From positions 1-64,000 of the IMG/VR virus record IMGVR_UViG_3300018492_000150: 64,000 nucleotides of DNA, one strand, 5' to 3'. This document shows, one piece after another, positions 50,100-60,083 of this stretch. A program made the position numbers and the translations under genes. Positions within the stretch are counted from its first letter, which is position 1. Every line of letters starts with the position of its first letter. Source of the stretch: a virus. Its lineage: Duplodnaviria > Caudoviricetes. The notes under the pieces were generated by a model. The model was not told the DNA's origin. It did not search any database and worked only from the letters and a program-made list of their open reading frames with translations.

Positions 50100-52061
50100 A
50101 TGGCGCTTTTAACAAGACATCCGAATGGATCTGATTTAACAATTTTAAATACTTCGTATCATTATCCAAGAAGAGATGAAGATACAGGTAAATATAATAA
50201 AGATTTTATTACAGTTGTGTATAAAGATAATATAACAGGAACAAAACATCATGAGATTATCTATGAACCGAATTATAGATTTTATCAAGCTAACGATGAT
50301 GTGAATATAGAACATAATATGTTTTATATTAGTAAAGATAAAGTTCATCCTATGGAATGTAAGTTTTCTGAATTACAGAAAACAATAGCAGAAGTAACTG
50401 GAAATTTAGATTTCTTCTATGAGAATATTAAAACTGGAAATAGAAGAGCTAATAGAGCTTTAAATACGATACCTAGTATTTTTAGTAGTGATGTAAATAT
50501 TGAAGATCATTATAGAGCTAGATTTGCTCAAGATTATGTAAATGAAGTTCATCCAGTAACTAAAGGATATTTCGATATCGAGGTTGATACTAAAAGAATG
50601 AGAGGAGATTTCCCTCAAATGGGAGAATGCCCTGTCAATGCAGTATCATATATAGATGATAAAACTAATACAGTTAATGTGTTCTTATTAAGAGATATCG
50701 AAGGAGATAATCCTTTGATAGAAGAATTTGAAACATCAAATTTTAGTAATCAACAATCTGCCCAACAGTTATTTCAAGAACTTCAACAGTTCATAATTGA
50801 TAATGTTGGAGGTCCAGAGAAAGCAAAGAAATTTGGAGTTGATAATTTAAACTTTCAGTTCATGTTTTTTGATGATGAAGTTAAATTATTATATACATTA
50901 TTCCAAGTTATAAATTCAAATTCTCCAGATTTCATGTTAGCATGGAATATGGCATTCGATATTCCTTATATAATAGAAAGATGTTATACTTTAGGTATAG
51001 ATCCGGCAATGGTATTATCTGCAATGGATTATGTTGAAAAGTATGCTACCTATTATATAGATGAACAGCATAGGAATGAATATGAATTAAGAGGAGATTA
51101 TTATGATATCGCTGCAGATACAGTATATCTTGATCAGTTAGTTCAGTTTGCTTCTAGACGAAAAGGTCAAGCAGCATTCCCAAACTTCAAGCTTGATACG
51201 GCTGCGGATATTATCACTAAAGGAGCAGTAAGAAAGTTAGACTATAGTCATATTACCACAAATCTTACAGAGTTGCCTTATAAAGACTACAAGACATTTG
51301 TTTTTTATAATATCATGGATACAATTGCTCAGAAATGTATCGAAGTAACTGTTGAAGATGTAGATTATATCTATGCGGTTAGTGTAGATAATGATACACG
51401 ATACTGTAAAGGTCACAGACAAACAGTATATCTTACTAATAGAACTAGAAAGTTCTTTTATAGTAAAGGATATATTTTAGGAAATAACTGTAATAGCGGA
51501 GAATCATCTCACTATGCAGGCGCATTAGTAGGAGATCCAACTCATAATAGCGATTACGCTAAATTAAAAGATGGAGATCAGACATATAATATTGTAGATA
51601 ATAGTGATGACTTTGACTTTAAAGCTCTATATCCGAGTGTTGATAGAGAAAATAACTTAGCACCTGATACTATTATCGGAAAGATTCTTATAGATGAACC
51701 TGTTCATAATTTAGAGAATCCGTATCATGATGAAGATTATGATAGAGGAGGACAATTTATTGAAGATCTTGTAACTGGAAATAATCTTGAATTTGGTAAG
51801 AGATGGTTAGGATTAGCTGACGTGAATGAAATGCTCAAAGATATTGATGAATACTTTGAAGTTCATAATCCGTTTAGACCTGTTAATGTATTTACTGAAT
51901 CTGGAAATATCAAACCATTTATCTTTATGCCTAATATTAAAGACGGAGAAATGACAAGACCGTTTATAGTATTGGAAGAAGACGAAATGGTACGTCCATT
52001 TGTACGACATAACGGAGATAAAGATGAAATGGTGAAAAGTGTACTTGATAGTATATTATAA
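50100..52061 (+). CDS. Split family-B DNA polymerase, exonuclease plus motif A part
   Basis: Exo I FDIEVD, Exo II AWNMAFDIPY, Exo III YNIMD, motif A DFDFKALYPS; motifs B and C absent. Confidence 0.9.
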   Translation: MALLTRHPNGSDLTILNTSYHYPRRDEDTGKYNKDFITVVYKDNITGTKHHEIIYEPNYRFYQANDDVNIEHNMFYISKDKVHPMECKFSELQKTIAEVTGNLDFFYENIKTGNRRANRALNTIPSIFSSDVNIEDHYRARFAQDYVNEVHPVTKGYFDIEVDTKRMRGDFPQMGECPVNAVSYIDDKTNTVNVFLLRDIEGDNPLIEEFETSNFSNQQSAQQLFQELQQFIIDNVGGPEKAKKFGVDNLNFQFMFFDDEVKLLYTLFQVINSNSPDFMLAWNMAFDIPYIIERCYTLGIDPAMVLSAMDYVEKYATYYIDEQHRNEYELRGDYYDIAADTVYLDQLVQFASRRKGQAAFPNFKLDTAADIITKGAVRKLDYSHITTNLTELPYKDYKTFVFYNIMDTIAQKCIEVTVEDVDYIYAVSVDNDTRYCKGHRQTVYLTNRTRKFFYSKGYILGNNCNSGESSHYAGALVGDPTHNSDYAKLKDGDQTYNIVDNSDDFDFKALYPSVDRENNLAPDTIIGKILIDEPVHNLENPYHDEDYDRGGQFIEDLVTGNNLEFGKRWLGLADVNEMLKDIDEYFEVHNPFRPVNVFTESGNIKPFIFMPNIKDGEMTRPFIVLEEDEMVRPFVRHNGDKDEMVKSVLDSIL

Positions 52062-52118
52062 ATATGATGAGACTAATCATATGATTAGTCTCATACTTTT
52101 AATTAGGAGGACTGAATA

Positions 52119-52271
52119 ATGTACGATGAAGAAAATGCAAAAGAAGGCAGAGAGCATATGTCTTGTTATGGTAAATTCTATGGAGAAGAAGGAACAGAAA
52201 CATGTTCTGATGGTGTAAGTGGATTATGTTCTTATTGCAACGAATGTCAACAAGACGATCTGCACTATTGA
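52119..52271 (+). CDS. Small Cys-rich protein (50 aa), not in ORF track
   Basis: AGGAGG RBS; SCYGKFY...C...LCSYCNEC. Confidence 0.6.
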   Translation: MYDEENAKEGREHMSCYGKFYGEEGTETCSDGVSGLCSYCNECQQDDLHY

Positions 52272-52285
52272 TAAGGAGATAGGAT

Positions 52286-52429
52286 ATGAAAAATAAACCG
52301 ATATTAACGAAGATAATAATACTTGCCGTATTTATATTATATTTGCTTATATTCAGCGGTATAGTACCAATATACATAAATCTGATATTAGGTGGTATTG
52401 TTGGATATATTTTAGGGAGGATGGGTTAA
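52286..52429 (+). CDS. Small membrane protein (47 aa), not in ORF track
   Basis: AAGGAG RBS; MKNKPILTKIIILAVFILYLLIFSGIVPIYINLILGGIVGYILGRMG; stop overlaps the next start. Confidence 0.6.
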   Translation: MKNKPILTKIIILAVFILYLLIFSGIVPIYINLILGGIVGYILGRMG

Positions 52430-53037
52430 TGTATGATATTGATGCTACGATGAAGATAGCAAAGAGCATGAAGAGACCTATAGTGCATGTAGGTAATAAT
52501 TATATGCTCGGTACTGATTTAGAATTTTGTACTTTAAGTATAATAGAAACCAATTCGATTATACCAAGACCATTTACAACTACAATAAATGGTTGGTTAA
52601 ATAAAATGGCTAAAGATAAGTATGCTCAAGATCATCCAGAGATATTCTTTACTGAATATTCTCGCTTAGATGATAATCTATATATAAATATATGGGAAGA
52701 AGACACTTATACAAGAAAAATATTTGAATTATTTGGTAAAGTAAATAATTACTTATATGGAAGAGTTCCTATTTATTCAGGAAGTAATTTTGAGAAAGAT
52801 GAAAATTTTATCAGAAACGTAAGTAAACTTAAAGTATCAGATGGACTGAAAACTTATACTATTGATAACACTTACTTGATTACAAGTTTCAATAAAGTGC
52901 ATTGTATTAATGCATCTGATAAAGTATCATTGAATATCTATGATATCGATACTGAATCTTATTTATATGAATTTATTATAGATAAGAAAAAATATATCGT
53001 AAAAGAATACATCAGATATAGAAAGATGAGCATTTAA
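52429..53037 (+). CDS. Hypothetical protein
   Basis: GGGAGG RBS. Confidence 0.7.
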   Translation: MYDIDATMKIAKSMKRPIVHVGNNYMLGTDLEFCTLSIIETNSIIPRPFTTTINGWLNKMAKDKYAQDHPEIFFTEYSRLDDNLYINIWEEDTYTRKIFELFGKVNNYLYGRVPIYSGSNFEKDENFIRNVSKLKVSDGLKTYTIDNTYLITSFNKVHCINASDKVSLNIYDIDTESYLYEFIIDKKKYIVKEYIRYRKMSI

Positions 53038-53116
53038 CCATGCTCATCTTTATTTTTTGTCTTATTTATACCCAAAACATAAGAATAATTCGTATTAAGC
53101 AAAGGAGGTTATTACT

Positions 53117-55414
53117 TTGGCTAAGAAAGATGAGAATAAAAATCAGATATCAAAGAATATAATGTCAAAGTTATGGTCTCTACGAAAGCAAATGGCTGGT
53201 GTATATAGAGATACTTATAGCACTGACATTACGAGTAGAGATGAACTTGATAGAATTGGTACTGATATTGAAGATAATATAAGTAAAATCTTATCGAGAA
53301 ATAATACCAAAGATGTTTCTAATATATCTCAGTTGTATTCAGTAGCTAATCTCAAAACTAATTTGAGTGATAAGAAATACACTGAAGGTATTTTAAGTTA
53401 TTTCGAAGATAGTGCAGTAACTGACCAGTTACTTAATTCTTATCTCGATAATAAATGGGTAGTTGAATTAGACAGAGAAATAGATGTAGTTTGTAAATAT
53501 ATGCCTAAAATGGTAGAGGCATTAGACGCTATTAAAGATTCTGTACTTACTGCAGATAATTTTGATAAAGAATACCTTACATTCCAAAGTCCCAATATAG
53601 GATCAGAAGATAATTCTGCATTTATAGAGGAAATTGAGAGTATTAAAAAGACTTATCAATTATATGATAGAGTAGAAAGGTGGTACGATAATACTTCTAA
53701 ATATGGAGAACAGTTTGTATATAAAGTCCCATATAAGAAAGCATTATCTGTATTATTAAATAGACGAAAGAATACTAGATTTACTGGGGTGATGCCAGCA
53801 TTATCTGGTATTGGTGTTAGAGAATCTTCTTTAATTCATGAAGGAGGATTTCCTGTCTCTATGAACAATAATAGAGAACTTTTCGAATCCTATCAAAATG
53901 CTGCTCCGATAATAAAAGAAAATGGTATTCAAAATATTAAACTTGAGATAGTAAAAGACTCTTTATTGATCAGTGCTATAGAAGATAAATCTCATATAGA
54001 AGAAATGACAAATATGATGGAGCAGGTATCTTTTATGTCAGAAGCTTCTTCTACAGATAGAGTAATCGATAATGAGATTTTTGATGTTCCTAAGAATATG
54101 AAAAAAGATACCACTTCTCAAGAAGGAATTATTGGAGATGGTAGGGTAGAACCAGATCAATTAAAAGTTCCAGGTTTATTATTAAAAGAACTTAAGCATG
54201 AAAATATTATCATGCTTTATATGGACGATATTTGCCTGGGATATTATTATCTTGAGTTTATGGATAAAGATGGAGTGTCTATATATCAAGATAACTTATT
54301 CCAAAGAAAATCAGTAAGTTCAGTAGGATATAGTGCAGGTGTTAAATTAGCAGATGAACAGAATCAGCAGAAAGCTACTGATGACTTGCTTAGGTATTTA
54401 TCATCTGCGATTGTTGCAAACTTAGATGATAAGTTTATCAATAACAATCCTTATTTGAAGAAAGAGATTTACTCTGTTCTCAAATATAACGATATGTTTA
54501 ACGGTGGCGGTATAGATAGAGTTAGAGTTACTTATCTTGCTCCTAATGATGTAGAACATATCATGTTTAAAGAAGATCCAGATACCCATAGAGGTATTTC
54601 TGATATCGTTCCTGGATTAATTCCTGCTAAAATGTGGTGTTGCTTATACATTGCAAACACTATAGGAATGCTTACTAGAGGGCAGGATAAAAGAGTATAT
54701 TATGTAAAACAAAATGTTGAACAGAATATTGCTCAAACATTATTGAATGTAATTAACCAGATTAAGAAACAAAATATGAATATTATGCAAATAGAGAATA
54801 TGAATAGTATTCTTGGGATCACTGGTAAATTTAATGACTATATAATTCCAGTAGGTCCTAGTGGAGACCCTCCGATTCAAATGGAAGTCATGCAGGGTCA
54901 AGAGATAGATCCTCAGACTGAGTTTATGGACAAGTTAGAAGAGACTGCTATTAACGCTACAGGTATTCCAATAGAATTAGTAACAGCTAGATTATCTTTA
55001 GACTTTGCCACTCAGCTTACTATGAGTAATAGTAAATTCTTGAGATTTGTATTTAAAAGGCAATCTAAATTTGAAACTCATATTGGAAATATTATGACAG
55101 ATATATACAATACTGAGTATGAAAAGAATAATAATGCTATTACGATAAAATGTGTATTACCAGCGCCACTTATGCTGAATATCAATAATCTTAATCAGAT
55201 CATTGACCTTATATCTCAACAGGCTGATACATTAGCGACAATAGAATATCCAGATACTAATGATGAAGATAATGAATCTAAGAAAGCATTCTTCAAGAAA
55301 GAATACGTTCATTATAAGTTAGGATCATATATCAAACAGAATGAGATAGATATGATTAAAGCTAAAGCTGAATTTGAATTTAATAAAAACAAACCTGTAG
55401 AAGATAATCAATAA
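53117..55414 (+). CDS. Portal protein (T4 gp20-like)
   Basis: W...KYGEQF, KRVYYV, DYIIPV...IQMEVMQG, AINATGIP pattern; late promoter; next to tail genes. Confidence 0.7.
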   Translation: MAKKDENKNQISKNIMSKLWSLRKQMAGVYRDTYSTDITSRDELDRIGTDIEDNISKILSRNNTKDVSNISQLYSVANLKTNLSDKKYTEGILSYFEDSAVTDQLLNSYLDNKWVVELDREIDVVCKYMPKMVEALDAIKDSVLTADNFDKEYLTFQSPNIGSEDNSAFIEEIESIKKTYQLYDRVERWYDNTSKYGEQFVYKVPYKKALSVLLNRRKNTRFTGVMPALSGIGVRESSLIHEGGFPVSMNNNRELFESYQNAAPIIKENGIQNIKLEIVKDSLLISAIEDKSHIEEMTNMMEQVSFMSEASSTDRVIDNEIFDVPKNMKKDTTSQEGIIGDGRVEPDQLKVPGLLLKELKHENIIMLYMDDICLGYYYLEFMDKDGVSIYQDNLFQRKSVSSVGYSAGVKLADEQNQQKATDDLLRYLSSAIVANLDDKFINNNPYLKKEIYSVLKYNDMFNGGGIDRVRVTYLAPNDVEHIMFKEDPDTHRGISDIVPGLIPAKMWCCLYIANTIGMLTRGQDKRVYYVKQNVEQNIAQTLLNVINQIKKQNMNIMQIENMNSILGITGKFNDYIIPVGPSGDPPIQMEVMQGQEIDPQTEFMDKLEETAINATGIPIELVTARLSLDFATQLTMSNSKFLRFVFKRQSKFETHIGNIMTDIYNTEYEKNNNAITIKCVLPAPLMLNINNLNQIIDLISQQADTLATIEYPDTNDEDNESKKAFFKKEYVHYKLGSYIKQNEIDMIKAKAEFEFNKNKPVEDNQ

Positions 55415-55458
55415 AAAGAATCCCAGTACCAATTAAGGTACTGGGATTTTTATTGTTG

Positions 55459-56388
55459 TTAGATATTTTCATCTCCAACTTTTTCAACGTAATTAGCAAG
55501 ATCAGATTTGCTATTTGCTGCTGTATAGCTAAATCCTTCAATACTAGCCTGGTCTCCACCAACAGGTTGACCGCCGTCGTATTCAAGATGAACAACTTTA
55601 GCTTTGTCAATCTGACCAATGTTACCAAGATCAACACCTGTAGAGTTAACTCCAGCTGTAGTAGCAACAGCATTCTTAACTGCATTGGACTCGTTGATAA
55701 ATGCAAGAACCTGAAGAGCTCTCATATCAACTTCTGGACCATCAATTACGAAGCACTGCCATGTAAGTTCAACATCTTTCTTTTCGATAGAACCTTTTTC
55801 TGTCTCATAGATAGATGTAGGTACCTTTGTAGGCCAAGCGTTACATAACAGATAAGATTTCTCAAGCTGAAGCATAGTATTGTCTGTAACAAGGTACAGC
55901 AAGTTAAATACTTCATTCTCGAATCCACCTGCCATCTTACCATATTTAATAAGACCATGGTATGTTTTAGCCTGAGTACGAGGATCCTTAATACCTTCAA
56001 GATAATATCTCAAGAAGTTAGTAATAAGAGATCCAGATTTTTCTGTAAATGACATAGATACTTCAGTAGCAGACTGTTTGTTTACTTTACCTACTACATT
56101 CATTGTAGATATACCATCAGTAACTTCCAGTGGATCTACTGTAATATCTTCGATACCGCTAAGACCTTTGAATTCGAATTCAAGAATATAGCAGAATGCA
56201 TCGAGCATCTTAGCTACATCATCATCGACTTTAGCGATCTCTTCAAGATAAGCCGGTTTACTGATTACGCACAGATGTGAATAACCAGATTCATATAAGT
56301 TAAACTGAGCTGCATTAGAGAAGTCAGTAACACCTCTCATCATCGCATATTCAGCAACAGATAATGCTTTCTTTGTATACATTTTCAT
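55459..56388 (-). CDS. Putative tail tube protein
   Basis: Directly downstream of the sheath gene; YLLCNAWPTKV...DVELTW tube-like pattern. Confidence 0.65.
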   Translation of the reverse strand: MKMYTKKALSVAEYAMMRGVTDFSNAAQFNLYESGYSHLCVISKPAYLEEIAKVDDDVAKMLDAFCYILEFEFKGLSGIEDITVDPLEVTDGISTMNVVGKVNKQSATEVSMSFTEKSGSLITNFLRYYLEGIKDPRTQAKTYHGLIKYGKMAGGFENEVFNLLYLVTDNTMLQLEKSYLLCNAWPTKVPTSIYETEKGSIEKKDVELTWQCFVIDGPEVDMRALQVLAFINESNAVKNAVATTAGVNSTGVDLGNIGQIDKAKVVHLEYDGGQPVGGDQASIEGFSYTAANSKSDLANYVEKVGDENI

Positions 56389-56406
56389 ATCTTATTCACC
56401 TCCCTT

Positions 56407-58299
56407 TTAATACATTGGTTTGTAGCTAGTATCACTATTAGCCACAGTAGCCTGCTCTGTTCCAAGAGTGTAGATATTAAGAATCTCGCTCTGAACGAAG
56501 TCTTTATGTTTAACTTTAAGGGATGCTTCGAAGATCTTATTAGCCTTCATAATATCATCCTGTACATATACGAATTCGAGAGACTCGAACCATCCTGTAT
56601 ATTTATTGATGATACGATTTACTGCTTTCTTGTAAGATTGCAGATCATCTGTAGAAATGAAGCTGTATCTGAACTTCGGACAGTTATCACGTACGTCTTT
56701 AACGATAGCCTGAATAGCAATAACGTTATTAGCAAATGATAATTGTGTAAGCTCTGCCTGACTTGTAAACTCTGTTTCCATTGTAAGGACATTGTTAAGA
56801 ACAGAAGCATAGTTCAGTCTAATATCATCCAAAGCAATTTTCTGGTTTGTAACCGGAGTGATCTTTGGAGTGAAGTTTACTGTACCTTCGATTGCTTCTG
56901 GGAATGTCCAGCCATACAGAATACCACAGTAAGGCGTATTTCTCTTTGTATTGAGATGATCAATAATACATCTTGAGATACCGTAACTAATTGTTACGTT
57001 GATACGACGTTTTGTGAATGGGTTGAGAATCTGATAAGATTGTCCATACCATCCTGTAAACTTATCTCTAGGCATATCAATCATTTTCATCTGAGCATTT
57101 TCGAAAGTATTTACATCCAGACCAAGGTCTCCGAAGAAATAGAAATCTTTACGGAATTTAGCAAGGTCGTAAATAGCTTTCTTAACTGCATATGGGTAGT
57201 TTGCATCGATACATGCATCTGGTTTATACATATCCAGATTAAAGATATCACTGTCAAATGTACCATTGTAGAACTCAACAAGTTCTTGTTCATATTCATC
57301 AGTGTCGATCGGCTTATCACCGAAAGCACCATTAGTTCCAGATTCAAGGCCAAATCCCATTGTGATACCAAGGTTCTGGCTTGTTTCATCAAGAGCGTAG
57401 CCCTGTACAGGTGCTCCTTTGCTGTCTTTTCCGAACAGAACATCGATTTTATATAATTCATCTACAGAAATACCTGAGATTTCGGAAACTCTAGCATAGA
57501 ATGCGTCTACGCATTCTTCCAAAGCTTCTGCTCTACATTGAAGCATTTCTGTTGATGCCATACCTATATCCATAGATTTTTCCAGATAAATAACACCTGG
57601 AGTTAATGCAAAGTAAACGGATTCAGCATCTAAATCTTCAGATCCGAGATATTTGAATCTATAGATCATGAAGTTCTGATTTTTACTGATACCATACTGA
57701 GGATCAATTCCAAAACGTTTTGTAGAAACACCACGACCATTATCTACGATAACAGCAAGTGGATAAGTGAAGATATTCTCATCTTCATTTTCAACAAAAG
57801 ATTTTCTTGCCTCTTCGGCAATTTCAGCCTGAGTTTTCTTTCCTGTAACAGTAACAAGTTCGAATTTTGTTTTAGCAATGTTGATCATTACTTTTTCATT
57901 GCTCTCGCCAGGATCTGTTGTCTCTTCATGAGTAACAGAATCGATATATAATGGTTTACCGTCTTTGTCAGTTTTCTGAACTCTGTCAGTAGAAACCTTA
58001 GCGACGATAACGATATTTGCAAGAGTTGCATCTTTAGCAACTACACGTTTGATCATTAATTCGCCACCATTGTTGATGATATTGGCAGCCTGGATTGCAG
58101 CCTGTCCATATTTTTCAAAATCGATAAAATAGCCGAATAACTTGTAGAAGTTTTGTCCGACTACACGAGTAATTTTTTCAGGTCCTCTATCGAATGCAGC
58201 CGCCGTTAACAGTAACGGGTTCGGTGTCTTTTCAACAGTAGGTTGTGATTTGATACCAGATTGATCAATCCAGTTATTTATTGTTCCTGGATACTGCAT
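56407..58299 (-). CDS. Tail sheath protein
   Basis: YPGT N-terminus, DRGPE, IKRVV, LAKFRKD, sheath-like C-terminal domain. Confidence 0.8.
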   Translation of the reverse strand: MQYPGTINNWIDQSGIKSQPTVEKTPNPLLLTAAAFDRGPEKITRVVGQNFYKLFGYFIDFEKYGQAAIQAANIINNGGELMIKRVVAKDATLANIVIVAKVSTDRVQKTDKDGKPLYIDSVTHEETTDPGESNEKVMINIAKTKFELVTVTGKKTQAEIAEEARKSFVENEDENIFTYPLAVIVDNGRGVSTKRFGIDPQYGISKNQNFMIYRFKYLGSEDLDAESVYFALTPGVIYLEKSMDIGMASTEMLQCRAEALEECVDAFYARVSEISGISVDELYKIDVLFGKDSKGAPVQGYALDETSQNLGITMGFGLESGTNGAFGDKPIDTDEYEQELVEFYNGTFDSDIFNLDMYKPDACIDANYPYAVKKAIYDLAKFRKDFYFFGDLGLDVNTFENAQMKMIDMPRDKFTGWYGQSYQILNPFTKRRINVTISYGISRCIIDHLNTKRNTPYCGILYGWTFPEAIEGTVNFTPKITPVTNQKIALDDIRLNYASVLNNVLTMETEFTSQAELTQLSFANNVIAIQAIVKDVRDNCPKFRYSFISTDDLQSYKKAVNRIINKYTGWFESLEFVYVQDDIMKANKIFEASLKVKHKDFVQSEILNIYTLGTEQATVANSDTSYKPMY

Positions 58300-58389
58300 A
58301 TCTTTTCCTCCTTTATATTCTATTATACATTTTATACTAATGTAATTACTGATATGTTTATAATAGGCAATATGTATGGACTATAAAAA

Positions 58390-59130
58390 TTAGCCCGTAA
58401 GAACCCTTTCTAGAGGCGTAGAATCGTTGTTTTTATTCATTACAGCTCCTACTACAGCCTTATCAAAGTTCTCACTTGTAAGCGATGTGAATGGACTTAC
58501 TAATTTAGGAACAGTCTTTACGGATATAGGATTATACGAACATAAATCGTTATCTAAAGATTTGCCTAATCTAAATGGTTTATTGATATCTTTTGGATCT
58601 CTACATAATTCTGAAACTAGCAATCCAAACAATGATGCTGGTAATTTATATGACGAACCATTGATTGCAATTGAATCTAAAAAGTATTTATATAATTCAG
58701 TATACGGTATAGTTTTTGGTATATTACCAGTATCTACAAATAACCTAAAGAAATCCTCTACATTAGTTATATCCTGGGGAACTTTGGTAGATACTATAAT
58801 TTGGTCTTCTCCATTATTTTCATAATGAAAGATACTATAATCTGATACAAAATTATCAGTAATAGCAAAGTTTTTTACTTTTTCTATTCTTCCAGGTTTA
58901 GTTATAAATCTAGATGGAAAATAAAAGTTTTTAATCTTCTTTCCTGTTTCAATTTTATCAGATTTATTATTTATACTATAATTACAGATACCAATCAATT
59001 CAACAAAGTTACCTTCAATAACTGCAACTTTTCTATCGAAATAGACTTCTGGTACAAATAGTAAGAATTCTCCTTCTCCACTATAATACACAGATTCTTC
59101 TTTAACTTTTAAAAATCCAGGTATTGGCAT
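58390..59130 (-). CDS. RNA polymerase beta' C-terminal fragment (probably virion RNAP)
   Basis: LLVSELCRD...SPFTSLTSENFDKAVVGA...PLERVLTG parallels beta' region H. Confidence 0.55.
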   Translation of the reverse strand: MPIPGFLKVKEESVYYSGEGEFLLFVPEVYFDRKVAVIEGNFVELIGICNYSINNKSDKIETGKKIKNFYFPSRFITKPGRIEKVKNFAITDNFVSDYSIFHYENNGEDQIIVSTKVPQDITNVEDFFRLFVDTGNIPKTIPYTELYKYFLDSIAINGSSYKLPASLFGLLVSELCRDPKDINKPFRLGKSLDNDLCSYNPISVKTVPKLVSPFTSLTSENFDKAVVGAVMNKNNDSTPLERVLTG

Positions 59131-59196
59131 TTTGTGTCCTCCTTTCTTTTAGTCTTTATAGAAGTGTTCTAGACAAAAAGATATACCAGCGTAGAT

Positions 59197-59622
59197 CTAC
59201 GCTGGTATATATGCATTTAGATATATATTTGCTACATAGGCACTCCAATCGCCTGTAGTTGTTAGCATTATTTCTTTAGTATCTTTTCGCAAAAATATGC
59301 TTGCCATTTGATTATTATTATCTGACCATTGTATTGGATAACTTGCCCAACTCGATAAAATACATGATGATTCTGTGTCTATAGTATAGTCAACAGCCCT
59401 GGATGCTATTTCTGGATTTGCATCTAATATATTTTTAAACCCTATACGATACGTTTGTGTGGCATCAGAATTGGATAAAGTATACGTAATAATTGTTTCA
59501 TATACTTCTAAATCTGAACTTGATTTAAAACCAATTCTTCTTATCATATTTTTTCTAGTAAATTTATAAGGAGCATATTTAGATCCTACAGTATTAAAAT
59601 CTAAAATATCACTATATGCCAT
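59197..59622 (-). CDS. Hypothetical protein (tail-fibre-associated)
   Basis: GGGAGGT RBS; downstream of the fibre gene. Confidence 0.65.
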   Translation of the reverse strand: MAYSDILDFNTVGSKYAPYKFTRKNMIRRIGFKSSSDLEVYETIITYTLSNSDATQTYRIGFKNILDANPEIASRAVDYTIDTESSCILSSWASYPIQWSDNNNQMASIFLRKDTKEIMLTTTGDWSAYVANIYLNAYIPA

Positions 59623-59627
59623 TCTTA

Positions 59628-60026
59628 TATACCTCCCTAACATTCATGAAATTCATGAATGTTAGGTAAGATTATTGTCTTGTGATATTATTTTTTTATA
59701 CATCCAGCCATCGGTCTTAGTTTTTATCAATCTATGCATAGCTCCCCAACTGAAATAATGCAGAACTAAACAATCTACATAATTTGTATATTTTTTATAT
59801 CCAAAAACTTCATAACTTGATCCTTTACTTGCAACGAAATGTAAAGAAAACACGCCATCGTAAATATCAGAATCTATTATTTTCTGTATAGATGATATAG
59901 CTTGAGAATCATCTACATTTACTTCTCTAGATATTCGTTGTATCCAAGATACATCCTTCATTATCACTTTATCAATATTACTCATATTATACCTCCCTAA
60001 CATTCGAAATAATTTCGAATGTTAGG
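59628..60026 (-). repeat. Two copies of a 31-nt hairpin fused to the RBS (59636-59666 and 59996-60026)
   Basis: CCTAACATTC-N11-GAATGTTAGG with 14-bp stems, followed by GAGGTATA on the minus strand. Confidence 0.8.
59662..59985 (-). CDS. Hypothetical protein (tail-fibre-associated)
   Basis: GGGAGGT RBS. Confidence 0.65.
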   Translation of the reverse strand: MSNIDKVIMKDVSWIQRISREVNVDDSQAISSIQKIIDSDIYDGVFSLHFVASKGSSYEVFGYKKYTNYVDCLVLHYFSWGAMHRLIKTKTDGWMYKKIISQDNNLT

Positions 60027-60083
60027 AAGATAAAAAAGAAATAAAACTCCCAGTAGGATTTTCCTACTGGGAGTATTTTTTTA

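Noticed and set aside
50100-52061. Truncated DNA polymerase pseudogene
   Set aside because: Split polB is normal in phiKZ-related phages; the ORF ends cleanly before a hairpin.
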